Part shown: positions 48,712 through 59,708 of the stretch, one piece after another
Layout: each line of letters opens with the position of its first letter
Position numbering within the stretch: position 1 is the first letter of the stretch
From: Firmicutes bacterium UBA2058
Lineage (GTDB): Bacteria; Bacillota; Clostridia; Tissierellales; Sedimentibacteraceae
Assembly (NCBI GenBank): GCA_002332905.1
Contig: DDAM01000012.1
Coordinates: 106-64,105 of the forward strand
Direction: 5' to 3'
Length of the DNA stretch: 64,000 nt
Notes under the pieces: model-generated
The model's database searches: none
What the model was told of the DNA's origin: nothing
What the model saw: only the letters and a program-made list of their open reading frames with translations
Made by a program: the position numbers and the translations under genes

Positions 48712-51342
48712 TTAAAGTTGCTTTGATAAACCTTCCTTTGCGGCATTTAAAGCCTCATCAATCTTTGTTACATCTTTTCCACCAGCTTGAGCAAAGTCAG
48801 GCCTTCCGCCTCCGCCTCCACCAGCAATCATTGCTGCTTGTTTTACTATGTTTCCAGCTTGAATACCTTTTTGGTTTAAATCCTTTGTAACAGAAGCTAC
48901 AAATAAAACTTTCCCATCGTACTCAGAAGCTAAAATAATAACACAGCTTGGATTTTTATCCTTAATTTTATCTGCAATATCTCTAAGAGCATTCGCATCA
49001 GTATCCTTTAACTTAATTATGAAAACTTTAACGCCATTTATTTCTTCATGATTACTTAACATATCATCCATATTTGACTTTAATATTTCATTGTTAAGCT
49101 TAGCTATTTCTTTATCTTTATCTTTAATATCCTTTTTAAGTCCAGAAACCTTACCTATAAGCTCTTCCTTAGTAGATTTCATTGATTGCATAAGTTCATT
49201 AACAATAGAATCTATATTGTTGAGATAATCAATTGCAGCTTTTCCAGTTACTGCTTCAATCCTTCTAACTCCAGATGCTATTCCACCCTCTGAAATTATC
49301 TTAAACATACCTATTTTAGCAGTTTCATCAATGTGAGTACCACCACAAAGCTCCTTACTAAAATCACCAACTTTAACAAGTCTTACTACATTACCGTATT
49401 TTTCATCAAATAATGCCATAGCACCTTGCTCTCTTGCTACATCTATGGTAACATTATCAGTTTTCACAATGTAATCTGCTAAAATAGCTTTATTAACCCT
49501 TTTTTCAATTTCTCTTAGTGTATTTTCATCAACTAGTTCAAAATGAGTATAGTCAAATCTCAATCTATCTTCAGTTACTAAAGATCCTGCTTGGTTAACA
49601 TGATCTCCTAAAACTTCCTTTAAAACTTTATGAAGAAGATGAGTTGCTGTATGATTTTTAGCTGTATTTTTTCTCTTATCCATGTCAATAACTGCTGATA
49701 CCTCTTCATCAACACAAACAGTACCATCATTAACAATTACTTCATGAATTATAACGTTGTTTAGCTTTTTAGTATTTATTACTGTAGCATCAAAATTATC
49801 ATTTGTTAACTTTCCACTATCTCCACTTTGTCCGCCACCTTCAGCATAAAATGGAGTTTTATCAAGAACAATTATACCTTTCTCGTCTGCTGATATTCTA
49901 TTTTTCTCAAAATCATCAACAAAAATCTTTAAAATCCTTGATTCATATGAATTTTCAGTATATCCAACAAATTCAGTCTCTATACCTTCTACATTAATAG
50001 AACTGTCTTTCCAGCCAGAGCTACCTGTTTTTTCTCTTGCTTCTCTAGCTTTAATTCTGTTTTCTTCCATTATATCTAAAAACTCTTGTTTGTTAAATTT
50101 AAAGTTATTTTCAATTAATATTTCTTCAGTTAACTCAATTGGGAAACCAAAAGTATCGTAAAGTCTAAATAATATATGACCATCTAACATATTCTTGCCA
50201 GATTCCATAACATTAGATATTTCCTTATGAAGAATCTCTAATCCTTGGTCAATAGTATTTCTAAACTTCTCTTCCTCTATTTTCACAACCTTCAATATAT
50301 AGCTTTCCTTTTCACCTAGCTCAGGATATGCTTGCTTCCAATTATCTATAACTACTTGAACAGTTTCTGTCAAGAAATCTCTATCTATACCTAATAATTT
50401 ACCTTGTCTTAATGCTCTTCTTATAAGTCTTCTTAAAACATATCCTCTTCCTTCATTTGATGGTATTACACCATCTGAAATCATAAATGTAACAGCTCTT
50501 GAATGGTCACAAATTATTCTCATAGAAGTGTCAGTTTTTAGACTTGATTTATATTTAACACCGCTTATTTCTTCAGCTTTTTTTACTATACTATAAAGAG
50601 GTTCAACATCAAATACAGTTTCTTTACCTTGCAATGTCATCGCTACTCTTTCTAGTCCCATACCAGTATCAATATTAGGATGTGATAATGGATGATATAC
50701 ACCTTTTTCATCCTTATCATATTGAGTGAATACTAAATTCCAAATTTCTGTGTATCTGTCACATTCACAACCTGGCTTACAATCAGGATTGTCGCAACCA
50801 AACTCAGGTCCCTTATCATAATAAATTTCTGAACAAGGACCACTTGGACCAACTTCTAACTCCCAAAAATTATCTTTTTTGCCAAGCTTAACAATTCTTT
50901 CTCTTGGCATTCCAGTAAATTTTGTCCAAAGTTCAATGGCTTCATCGTCATCTACATATACAGTAGCCCAAAGCTTTTCAGCTGGTATATGCAATCTATC
51001 AGTTAAAAGCTCCCAAGCCCACATAATTGCTTCTTTTTTGAAATAATCACCAAATGAAAAATTTCCAAGCATCTCAAAAAAAGTTAGATGACGTGCAGTT
51101 ATTCCTACATTTTCTATGTCATTAGTTCTAACACACTTCTGGCATGATGCCATTCTTTTGCTTGGAGGAGTTTCTGCACCTGTAAAATATTTTTTTAGTG
51201 GTGCCATACCTGCTGCTATCAATAATAAACTCTTGTCATTTTTAGGTATAAGTGAAGCACTTTGTCTAACTAAATGTTGTTTTGACTCATAAAAGTCTAA
51301 ATATTGTTTTCTTATATTATTTATCGAATAATTATTATCCAT
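48712..51342 (-). CDS. alaS: Alanine--tRNA ligase
   Basis: RHLTFFEMLGNFSFGDYFK, IDTGMGLER, HTATHLLH, ELCGGTH, GGGGGRPDFAQAG. Confidence 0.98.
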   Translation of the reverse strand: MDNNYSINNIRKQYLDFYESKQHLVRQSASLIPKNDKSLLLIAAGMAPLKKYFTGAETPPSKRMASCQKCVRTNDIENVGITARHLTFFEMLGNFSFGDYFKKEAIMWAWELLTDRLHIPAEKLWATVYVDDDEAIELWTKFTGMPRERIVKLGKKDNFWELEVGPSGPCSEIYYDKGPEFGCDNPDCKPGCECDRYTEIWNLVFTQYDKDEKGVYHPLSHPNIDTGMGLERVAMTLQGKETVFDVEPLYSIVKKAEEISGVKYKSSLKTDTSMRIICDHSRAVTFMISDGVIPSNEGRGYVLRRLIRRALRQGKLLGIDRDFLTETVQVVIDNWKQAYPELGEKESYILKVVKIEEEKFRNTIDQGLEILHKEISNVMESGKNMLDGHILFRLYDTFGFPIELTEEILIENNFKFNKQEFLDIMEENRIKAREAREKTGSSGWKDSSINVEGIETEFVGYTENSYESRILKIFVDDFEKNRISADEKGIIVLDKTPFYAEGGGQSGDSGKLTNDNFDATVINTKKLNNVIIHEVIVNDGTVCVDEEVSAVIDMDKRKNTAKNHTATHLLHKVLKEVLGDHVNQAGSLVTEDRLRFDYTHFELVDENTLREIEKRVNKAILADYIVKTDNVTIDVAREQGAMALFDEKYGNVVRLVKVGDFSKELCGGTHIDETAKIGMFKIISEGGIASGVRRIEAVTGKAAIDYLNNIDSIVNELMQSMKSTKEELIGKVSGLKKDIKDKDKEIAKLNNEILKSNMDDMLSNHEEINGVKVFIIKLKDTDANALRDIADKIKDKNPSCVIILASEYDGKVLFVASVTKDLNQKGIQAGNIVKQAAMIAGGGGGGRPDFAQAGGKDVTKIDEALNAAKEGLSKQL

Positions 51343-51347
51343 AATTT

Positions 51348-51460
51348 CCTCCTCCATTATGCCGCTTTACAGCATCACAAAATATAGTGTAAAATGTTAT
51401 TCTCAATGTGAAAATATTTCACACTGGTTAAGAGTGTTTTTTCTTCACTCTTTACTCCAA
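51348..51460 (-). repeat. Family 1 multi-hairpin repeat, copy C
   Basis: ATGCCGC-TTT-ACAGCAT, GTGAAA..TTTCAC, AGAGTG..CACTCT. Confidence 0.75.
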
Positions 51461-51509
51461 AATCGCTACGTATCAATTGATTATAGCGTAAATAACCAAC
51501 ATATGTCAA

Positions 51510-52553
51510 CTATTTTATAACTCCTCCGCCAACTAAAACATCACCATCATAAAACACTACTGATTGTCCTTTAGTTATTGCCCTTACTGGGTTATCGAAT
51601 TTAACTAGTATGTGATCGGCTTCTTTTTTTATAGCTACGCTCTCTTCTTTTGCTGCGTATCTAATTTTTACTGATAATTTAATATTGTCTTTATTATATT
51701 CATCATTTATAAAATTATAATCATATAGCTTTAATTCATCGTTAAACAAATCCTCATTTTCACCGAGAACAACTGTATTGTTTTCATAATTTATATCAAT
51801 AACAAATGCAGGTTTTCCTAAAGCTATACCAAGACCTTTTCTCTGCCCTATTGTATAGTTAACTATACCCTCATGACTACCTAATATATTTCCATTCATA
51901 TCAACAAAATTACCTTTTTTAGAAACAACATCACTATTTCTTGAAATGTAATCTGTATATTTCATATTTTTAATAAAACAAATCTCTTGACTATCCTTTT
52001 TACTATATATTTCAATACCTGCATCTTTAACTAATTGTCTAGTATCATCCTTTGATTCCATGTCACCCATTGGAAACAGTACCCTATCCAAAATATCTTC
52101 CTTAAGTGTATATAAAAAATATGTCTGATCTTTTATAATATTTCTAGCTTTAACAACGTAATATCTACCGTTTCTCTTATCAATTTTAGCGTATTGTCCA
52201 GAAGCTACATATTTAATTCCCATTTCATCCGCAGTTTTTAAAAATTTGTCAAATTTAATATTTTTATTACATACAACACAAGGATTAGGGGTATGACCAA
52301 TCATGTATTCATTTATAAAATCAGATATTACCTTATCTTTAAATTCTTTTCTATAATCAACGACTATATGTTCAATTCCTAATTTTTGTGCAGCATTTTT
52401 TGCATCCAATATGCTTTGATCTACACTTTCATCATCGGTAAGCTTATAAGTAGCTCCAATGACTTCATAACCTGAATTTTTCAAAACAATAACTGAAGCG
52501 GTACTATCTACACCACCACTCATTCCTAATAAAACTTTTTTATTATCCATCAT
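51510..52553 (-). CDS. mnmA: tRNA 2-thiouridylase MnmA
   Basis: GMSGGVDS, TPNPCVVCN, KDQTYFL, DSQEICF, YTIGQRKG. Confidence 0.96.
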   Translation of the reverse strand: MMDNKKVLLGMSGGVDSTASVIVLKNSGYEVIGATYKLTDDESVDQSILDAKNAAQKLGIEHIVVDYRKEFKDKVISDFINEYMIGHTPNPCVVCNKNIKFDKFLKTADEMGIKYVASGQYAKIDKRNGRYYVVKARNIIKDQTYFLYTLKEDILDRVLFPMGDMESKDDTRQLVKDAGIEIYSKKDSQEICFIKNMKYTDYISRNSDVVSKKGNFVDMNGNILGSHEGIVNYTIGQRKGLGIALGKPAFVIDINYENNTVVLGENEDLFNDELKLYDYNFINDEYNKDNIKLSVKIRYAAKEESVAIKKEADHILVKFDNPVRAITKGQSVVFYDGDVLVGGGVIK

Positions 52554-52752
52554 TCACCTCATATATGTTATATATTTTTAGTTAGTTTGAAAGACTAATT
52601 TAATATACAAATATAAATATAAATTTATATTCACAAAAAATAAAATGACCACTTAGAACACTAATAGCACAAAGAAGATCTTAAAACTTAGTGCACTTAG
52701 CGCCTTTGTGGTCAATTATTTTCATTTACTAATTGTAAGTATTGTTTGAAGT

Positions 52753-53199
52753 TTACTCTTCCCCATGTACATGGTCATGAAAATCTTCATCAGCATTAGG
52801 ATTAAAGTCTTCTAATCCTTTAATTTGAATATTTTTCTTTTGTGCATAATCATATAGCGCAGCTTTTATCGCTTGTTCTGCTAAAACTGAACAATGAACT
52901 TTTACTGGTGGAAGTCCGCCTAAAGCTTCGATAACAGCTTTATTGGTTAATTCAACTGCATCATTAACGCTTTTACCCATAATTAATTCAGTAGCCATGC
53001 TTGAAGAAGCTATTGCTGAGCCACAGCCAAATGTTTGGAATTTAACATCCTCTATTATGTGGTTATCATTAATTTTTAAATATATTTTCATTATGTCTCC
53101 ACATTTTGCATTACCTACTTCACCAACGCCATCAGCTTTTTCTATTTCACCTACATTCCTAGGGTTTCTAAAATGATCCATTACTTTTTCTGTATACAT
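52753..53199 (-). CDS. nifU: Fe-S scaffold NifU/IscU
   Basis: DHFRNPRNVG, CGD, FGCGSAIASSS, KVHCSVLA. Confidence 0.94.
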   Translation of the reverse strand: MYTEKVMDHFRNPRNVGEIEKADGVGEVGNAKCGDIMKIYLKINDNHIIEDVKFQTFGCGSAIASSSMATELIMGKSVNDAVELTNKAVIEALGGLPPVKVHCSVLAEQAIKAALYDYAQKKNIQIKGLEDFNPNADEDFHDHVHGEE

Positions 53200-53214
53200 A
53201 ATTTTTTCTCCTCC

Positions 53215-54384
53215 TTAGTGTCTTTTATAAAGTGGTGACATATCTCTTAGCTTTTGAACTATATGCTTCATTTTATCTATTACAAAATCCACTTCTTCTT
53301 CTGTTGTTTCATCACCTATCGTAAATCTTATTGAGCCATGCGCTGTTCCATGATCAAGCCCTGTTGCCAATAACACATGAGACGGATCTAATGAGCCTGA
53401 AGTACAAGCTGAGCCACTAGATGCGCTTATGCCTTCCATGTCAAGCCATAATAATATTGATTCACCTTCAATGTATTTATATGAGAAATTAACATTGTTA
53501 GGTAATCTCATTGTAGGATGACCATTTAAAACAACATCCTCTATACTATTTTGGATTCCATTTATAAGCCTATCTCTTAAATTTGTTAATTTACTAATTT
53601 TATCATTAAAATCAACGCCCATTAGTTCAATTGCTTTTGCAAATCCAACTATATTTTGTACACTTTCTGTTCCTGCTCTTCTTTTTCTCTCTTGTGCACC
53701 ACCATGCATGAAATTGTCAATTTTTACGCCTTTTCTAATGTACATACCGCCAACACCCTTTGGTCCGTGTACTTTATGTGCTGACATTGACATTAAATCT
53801 ATATTTTGCTTTTTAACATCAATTCTTACTCCACCTAATGCTTGAACTGCATCTGTATGGAATATTATATTATGCTCTCTTGCTATTTTACCTATTTCTT
53901 CAATTGATTGAATAGTTCCTATTTCATTATTTGCATACATAACTGATATTAAAATAGTATCAGGTCTTATACTGCTTTTTAGATTCTCTAAATCAATCAT
54001 TCCATATTTATCTACATCCAAATATGTAGTTTCAAAACCAAACTTTTCAAGATATTCACATGTGTGCAATACTGCATGGTGCTCTATTTTAGTTGTAATA
54101 ATATGCTTGCCTTTATTTTGATTAGCAAATGCTACTCCTTTAATTGCCCAGTTATCAGATTCAGTTCCGCCTGAAGTAAAATATACTTCATTTTCGTCTG
54201 CATTTATAAATGATGAAACTATTCTCCTTGCTTTATCAATTGCTTCTTTTGATTTTCTTCCAATATCATAAATTCCGCTTGATGGGTTTCCATAATATTC
54301 ACTTAAATACTTTATCATCTCATCAACAACTTCTTTTTTTACCATAGTAGTTGCAGCGTTATCAAAATAAATTTTTTTATTCAT
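53215..54384 (-). CDS. iscS: Cysteine desulfurase IscS/NifS
   Basis: YFDNAATT, SAHKVHGPKG, SSGSACTS. Confidence 0.96.
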   Translation of the reverse strand: MNKKIYFDNAATTMVKKEVVDEMIKYLSEYYGNPSSGIYDIGRKSKEAIDKARRIVSSFINADENEVYFTSGGTESDNWAIKGVAFANQNKGKHIITTKIEHHAVLHTCEYLEKFGFETTYLDVDKYGMIDLENLKSSIRPDTILISVMYANNEIGTIQSIEEIGKIAREHNIIFHTDAVQALGGVRIDVKKQNIDLMSMSAHKVHGPKGVGGMYIRKGVKIDNFMHGGAQERKRRAGTESVQNIVGFAKAIELMGVDFNDKISKLTNLRDRLINGIQNSIEDVVLNGHPTMRLPNNVNFSYKYIEGESILLWLDMEGISASSGSACTSGSLDPSHVLLATGLDHGTAHGSIRFTIGDETTEEEVDFVIDKMKHIVQKLRDMSPLYKRH

Positions 54385-54388
54385 ATAA

Positions 54389-54814
54389 TTACTTTTCCTC
54401 CAATGTAATTTTGTTATGTTCATTTATCATATCTAATAATGTTATGTTGTCGATAACATTGTTTATACTCATCTCGATTTTTTCCCATATTACTCTTGTT
54501 GCACAAATTGATTCTCTTGAACAAACCTCTTTATTAATACAATCTGACGCTGTAATTTCACCCTCAAGTGTTCTAAGTATCATTCCAACTGTTATATTTT
54601 TAGGCTCCATTGCTAAGCTATATCCACCTTGTGCTCCTCTTGTTGATTTAATATATCCAGCTTTCTTAAGCTTTCCAAATAGCTGCTCTAAATAATTTTC
54701 AGAAATACTATACTTATCAGAAATTCTTTTTAGCGGTATTGGACCATCACCATATGATAAAGACAGCTCAAATACAGCCTTTAAGCCGTATCTACCTTTT
54801 GTTGATAAAATCAT
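54389..54814 (-). CDS. Rrf2-family regulator (IscR-like)
   Basis: STKGRYG, YLEQL, RGAQGGY, three Cys; heads the iscS-nifU operon. Confidence 0.92.
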   Translation of the reverse strand: MILSTKGRYGLKAVFELSLSYGDGPIPLKRISDKYSISENYLEQLFGKLKKAGYIKSTRGAQGGYSLAMEPKNITVGMILRTLEGEITASDCINKEVCSRESICATRVIWEKIEMSINNVIDNITLLDMINEHNKITLEEK

Positions 54815-54842
54815 TATAACAGCCTCCTATATTTTTAAAATT

Positions 54843-54899
54843 AAACCCAACTTATTTAGTCGGGTTTATTATATAATACCCGACTAATTTTGTCAACAT
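54843..54899 (-). promoter_or_regulatory. Consensus sigmaA promoter overlapped by two IscR-type operator palindromes
   Basis: TTGACA (54891-54896)-17 nt-TATAAT (54868-54873); AAACCCAACTTATTTAGTCGGGTTT and ATACCCGACTAATTTTGTCAACAT. Confidence 0.8.
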
Positions 54900-55036
54900 T
54901 GATTTTAAAAAAAATTAAAATGTTTTTAAAAAAATTTTTGACATTTTAAAAAAACATTTTAATATTTTATTTTCTATTACATATAAATTAAAAAAAGAGC
55001 AACAAACACTAATCTCAAATGAAATTAGTATAAATG

Positions 55037-55297
55037 CTAAATTTGTATCAACTTATAAACAAATGAACCGTTAATTCTTGACACCTCATAAACGTTATCT
55101 ATTGGATATCTGACAGACTCATTTAAAACGGCAATCAATGTATCATAATCATATACAATAATACAAAGATCGCATTCTGTTTTTATCGCAAATGGTACAG
55201 ATGCTAATTTAATGTTTTTAATATTCAAACTTTGAAGTCTGCTATAAGCAGCCATGGTGTAATTACCGAATCTAAAAGTTATAACATAATGCTCCAT
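55037..55297 (-). CDS. DUF3343-like small protein
   Basis: YVITF....AA...L, VP..I..EC.LCI pattern. Confidence 0.6.
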   Translation of the reverse strand: MEHYVITFRFGNYTMAAYSRLQSLNIKNIKLASVPFAIKTECDLCIIVYDYDTLIAVLNESVRYPIDNVYEVSRINGSFVYKLIQI

Positions 55298-55362
55298 AGT
55301 ACTCCTCCTTTACTTTAAATTATTAAAATAATGACAAATTGTTACAATATAAGAGGTGAAAT

Positions 55363-56637
55363 ATGATATTTTTTTTACAAAACGGTACAAACAGTACACA
55401 AGTAATGGAAATCCAATCTATTTTAAATAAGCTTGGTTACTACAAAGGAAAAATAGATGGTTTATATGGACAAGAAACAGAAGATGCAATAAAAAATTTT
55501 CAAAGGCAGAATGGTTTAGAAGTTGATGGTATGGTTGGACCTATTACATATAAAGCTTTAGAAAAGTATATATTAGGTTTTACTTTCTACAGAATTGAAC
55601 CCGGTGATACCTTATATGACATAGCTAATAGATATAATTCAACTATCAATCTCATACTATCAGCAAACCCAGGACTTAATCCAAATAATTTAGTACCTGG
55701 AACTGTAATATCAGTGCCATTTAATTACAATATAGTAACAGAGGATGCAAAGTATACATATAACATGATGAGGCTAAATATTATGGGGCTTTTACAAAGA
55801 TATCAATTTTTAGAAGTCAGCACTATTGGTCAAAGTGTTCTTGGCAAGGAAATATATTTAATTAAATTTGGTAATGGCCCTAGAAAACTGCATGTAAATG
55901 CATCTCATCATGCATTAGAATGGATAAACAGCGTATTTATAATGAAATTTATCGAGAGCATGTCTAGAGCTTTTATAAATGGAGAAGATATCAACGGATT
56001 TGATATTAAAAGTATATTTACTACTCATACTTTTTATATTGTACCTATGGTAAATCCAGACGGTGTTGATTTAGTAAATGAAGGGCTTCAGCTAAATAAT
56101 CCATATTATAATGATTTAATAAGATGGAATAACACTGGTAAGCCATTTAGCGAGGTTTGGCAAGCTAATATTAGAGGTGTAGATTTAAATCATAATTATG
56201 ATGCTGCTTGGGAGCTATCAAAGAAATCTGAAGAAGCGATAGGGATTACAGGACCTGGCCCAACAAGATACTCAGGACTCTTTCCATTTTCAGAGCCAGA
56301 AACACAAGCTTTAAGAAATTTAACTCTGAATAACGATTTTTACCTTGCTATAGCTTACCATACACAGGGTGAAGTTATATATTGGAATTTCATGGATTTA
56401 GCCACAGAAAGAGATAGAGAAATTGGAGAAAAGCTAGCTAAAGCTAGTGGATATTATTTAGATACAGCAGCAGGAGTTGCATCATACGCAGGCTTTAAGG
56501 ATTGGTTTATACAAGATTTCAGAAAACCAGGCTATACAGTCGAAACAGGAAAAGGCAAAAACCCTCTGCCAATTACTCAATTACCGCAAATTTATGAGGA
56601 CAATATGAAGCTTCTTTTAACAGCTACTACAGTGTAA
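55363..56637 (+). CDS. PG-binding + LysM + M14 gamma-D-glutamyl-meso-DAP peptidase
   Basis: DGLYG..T..AI..FQ..NGL.VDG; GDTLYDIA; HHALEW, NPDG, GVDLNHN, YHTQG. Confidence 0.9.
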   Translation: MIFFLQNGTNSTQVMEIQSILNKLGYYKGKIDGLYGQETEDAIKNFQRQNGLEVDGMVGPITYKALEKYILGFTFYRIEPGDTLYDIANRYNSTINLILSANPGLNPNNLVPGTVISVPFNYNIVTEDAKYTYNMMRLNIMGLLQRYQFLEVSTIGQSVLGKEIYLIKFGNGPRKLHVNASHHALEWINSVFIMKFIESMSRAFINGEDINGFDIKSIFTTHTFYIVPMVNPDGVDLVNEGLQLNNPYYNDLIRWNNTGKPFSEVWQANIRGVDLNHNYDAAWELSKKSEEAIGITGPGPTRYSGLFPFSEPETQALRNLTLNNDFYLAIAYHTQGEVIYWNFMDLATERDREIGEKLAKASGYYLDTAAGVASYAGFKDWFIQDFRKPGYTVETGKGKNPLPITQLPQIYEDNMKLLLTATTV

Positions 56638-56670
56638 ATAATCAAATTTAAAAATGGCACACAGATTATG

Positions 56671-58035
56671 TTATCTGCGTGCTATTTTTTTAAGTGTTTT
56701 TATTGTTGAAATTATTGTTTCTATAGCTCTAATATCTTCATATGCAACACCAGATATACATAACCTAACACAATTATGATTGTTTGGATAATTTTCTTTT
56801 TCCGTTATATCATTTAAAAAAAATTGATTATCTGAGTCAATAATAATTCCTTTAGTTTTAAGCTCTTGTGCTAGCATAGAAGCTTTAACATATTCAGGTA
56901 ATGTTAGCCATATAAATATACCATTCTTTGGTACATGCCATATAAGTTCTTGTGGGCTAAGTGATTTAAATATTTCTTTTGCTTTTTTTAGCTTATCTTC
57001 ATAGGATTTTCTGACTTTTTTTATATGTTTTTCATACATACCTGATTTTATAAACAAATCAAGTGCTACTTGCGGAAGTTTTGAAGTATTTAAATCACTT
57101 AGATATTTGAGCGTTGCTATTTCATTAAGTAAACATTTTGGAAGTATAATAGCTCCAATTCTAAGGCCAGGCATAAAAGTTTTTGAAAAGCTTTTAATAT
57201 ACACAGTACATCTGCTTGTATCATAATAATAAATCGGCATTGCAGTCTTCTTGTCACCTAATTCAGAAAGATAATCATCTTCAATGATTAGAACATTATA
57301 TTTATTGCATAATTCAACTATTTTTTTCTTTTCACATTCAGCTAAAGAGTATCCAGTTGGATTATGATGTCTTGGTATAACGTAAAAAGCTTCAATATCC
57401 TCATTTTTTAATATTTCTTCCATTTTTTTAAAATCATATCCATCATTTTTCCTTTCGATGCCTACCATTTCAATCCCTAAATAGTTCGCTAATTTTATAA
57501 CTAGATTATATGATGGAACTTCAACTAGCAGCTTTCTGTTATTGTTATGAAAAACAGCTTGAAGCACTAGACCAATCCCTTGTTGTGCTCCATTTGTTAT
57601 AATAATACTTTCTGAGATTGTATAAATACCTTCTCTCTCCAAATATAATTTTAAAGTTGCTTTTAAATTAGATGTTTCAAGATTTTGTTCATACACAAAC
57701 AAATTGCTTTTATATATATCAACCGCTTTATTGATAACATGAGTAAACTCTCTATAAGGAATCAACTTTTCATCTGGTTTTACAATAGAAAAATCAATTT
57801 GTTTTTTAACAACAGATGATTTATCTCTATAATCCACCAAATAAAAGCCTCCTCGTGGAATACTATATACCTCATGTTCTTCTTCCAGCTGTGTATAAGC
57901 TTTATTAACTGTAATTTTATTTACATTGAGTAAAGCCGCCACTTCTCGGCAACTTGGAAGTCGTTGTCCCATTGCTATTCTTCCTGCATTTACTTCTTCT
58001 AAAATATATTTTCTAACAATTTGAATTTTAGTCAT
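56671..58035 (-). CDS. MocR/GabR-family PLP-dependent regulator
   Basis: GntR HTH (RLPSCREVA..TVNKAY) plus aminotransferase domain (NPTG, IEDDY, SFSKT). Confidence 0.93.
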   Translation of the reverse strand: MTKIQIVRKYILEEVNAGRIAMGQRLPSCREVAALLNVNKITVNKAYTQLEEEHEVYSIPRGGFYLVDYRDKSSVVKKQIDFSIVKPDEKLIPYREFTHVINKAVDIYKSNLFVYEQNLETSNLKATLKLYLEREGIYTISESIIITNGAQQGIGLVLQAVFHNNNRKLLVEVPSYNLVIKLANYLGIEMVGIERKNDGYDFKKMEEILKNEDIEAFYVIPRHHNPTGYSLAECEKKKIVELCNKYNVLIIEDDYLSELGDKKTAMPIYYYDTSRCTVYIKSFSKTFMPGLRIGAIILPKCLLNEIATLKYLSDLNTSKLPQVALDLFIKSGMYEKHIKKVRKSYEDKLKKAKEIFKSLSPQELIWHVPKNGIFIWLTLPEYVKASMLAQELKTKGIIIDSDNQFFLNDITEKENYPNNHNCVRLCISGVAYEDIRAIETIISTIKTLKKIARR

Positions 58036-58174
58036 TTCAATTATAAACCCCTATTTATACTATTCTGTAATAGTACAGATTGATTTTATCATATTTGTAC
58101 TATTATATGTTTTAGTATAAACTAATATATAAATAAAGCAATACAAATTTTATGAATTTATGGAGGTCACTATA

Positions 58175-59044
58175 ATGAATGATGGAATGATACTAGTAAA
58201 TGAGGATCAATACGAAAAAATCTTAATACATTTAAAAAGCATACCTTTTAACACCTTATTTGCAAGAGCTGTATTAGAATCAAAGTTTTTTGGGAAGGTA
58301 TTTGTTGATAATATTAACAAACCTAAAACTATTTTTATCGCTCACGAATATGGTATGTCGCTTTTATTTGGAGATACTGAAAATTTAGAGTTTAATTTAG
58401 AGCTAAAAAAATATTTATTAAATGAAAACAAGGACAGAATTAAATATGAGTGGTTACAGGTTTATCCAGAAAAATGGAATTATAAATTAAAAGAATTATT
58501 AAATGATAATATAATTAAATATTTTAAACTATTAGATAATTACTCAAAATCTGAAGCAGATATTTTAATAGAAAAATATAGAGAAAACCATATAATTCAA
58601 TGGGGAAGAGTAAACTTAATTTATAAAGAAATTGATAAGGCTATATTTACTAAATCAGAACATGAAATAAAATTAATAGATTCAGAAATTTACGATAGGA
58701 TAGAAGGAAGTGTAATTCCAAAGTTTTTTTGGAAATCAAAGGAGCTTTTTTTATCTGAAGGAATAGGATATGCACTAATGAATGGTGATGATATTGTATC
58801 TATATCCTTTTCATCATGCAAGTTTGACAACGTATTAGAAATAGGTGTAGAAACATCAGAAAAATATAGAAACATGGGCTTTGCAAAGTATGTCTGTCAA
58901 GAATTGCTTTCTTACTGTCAAAAAAATAATTATTCTCCTATATGGGCATGTAGATTAGAAAACACAGGATCATATTTATTAGCAAAAAGTTTAGGATTTG
59001 AAGAAGTAATTACTCTCCCATATTATGAATTAATAAAAAGCTAA
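58175..59044 (+). CDS. GNAT acetyltransferase
   Basis: EIGVETSEKYRNMGFA, N.GS..LAKSLGF; divergent from MocR gene. Confidence 0.88.
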   Translation: MNDGMILVNEDQYEKILIHLKSIPFNTLFARAVLESKFFGKVFVDNINKPKTIFIAHEYGMSLLFGDTENLEFNLELKKYLLNENKDRIKYEWLQVYPEKWNYKLKELLNDNIIKYFKLLDNYSKSEADILIEKYRENHIIQWGRVNLIYKEIDKAIFTKSEHEIKLIDSEIYDRIEGSVIPKFFWKSKELFLSEGIGYALMNGDDIVSISFSSCKFDNVLEIGVETSEKYRNMGFAKYVCQELLSYCQKNNYSPIWACRLENTGSYLLAKSLGFEEVITLPYYELIKS

Positions 59045-59134
59045 TAATCTTAAAAAAAGTATAAAAAAACAGCAAATTTAAAAAGCACACAATATACTAT
59101 AATAATATAGCTCATATCTGTGTGCCTTTTATAC

Positions 59135-59641
59135 CTAATTAATATATCCACTTTCATCATCAATTTCAGCAATGTTTAATTCTTCTTGAAGAATTTCAAT
59201 GTTATTTTCGTATTCTTCCTCGCTTATCTGCTTAGTTTTAAGCATTATGTCTAGAGCTTTTTTACCATCTTCATATAGGTACATTTCTCTGCAAGGAACA
59301 ATATCATTTCTTCTAAAATCTTGATACTTTGATTTATATACTTCAAAATCTATTTCACCAACTTTGATATTGGTTACAGCACCAATTAAATTAACTTCAT
59401 TAATTTTAATGCCATTTTCATTGAAGTAATTTCTTATATGTCTTATAAACTCATAATGTTGCTTTTTTATCTCGTAGGAAACATCTGTATTGAGTTTGTC
59501 CTTATCAAGATCATCGTTATAAAAATCTATATCTATATCATACTCTTTTTTTATGTTATATTCTTCTATATTAACTAGCTTAGATAACTTTTCAATTATA
59601 TCAAAATCTGTTATTTTAGTATTTTTTAAACTATACTTCAT
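59135..59641 (-). CDS. Hypothetical acidic protein
   Basis: GGGAGG RBS and open frame. Confidence 0.65.
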   Translation of the reverse strand: MKYSLKNTKITDFDIIEKLSKLVNIEEYNIKKEYDIDIDFYNDDLDKDKLNTDVSYEIKKQHYEFIRHIRNYFNENGIKINEVNLIGAVTNIKVGEIDFEVYKSKYQDFRRNDIVPCREMYLYEDGKKALDIMLKTKQISEEEYENNIEILQEELNIAEIDDESGYIN

Positions 59642-59708
59642 TATAACCTCCCATTTATGCCATAGTTTCAAACTACGTTTGAACCATTATGGTCTCAACT
59701 GCTGTGAG

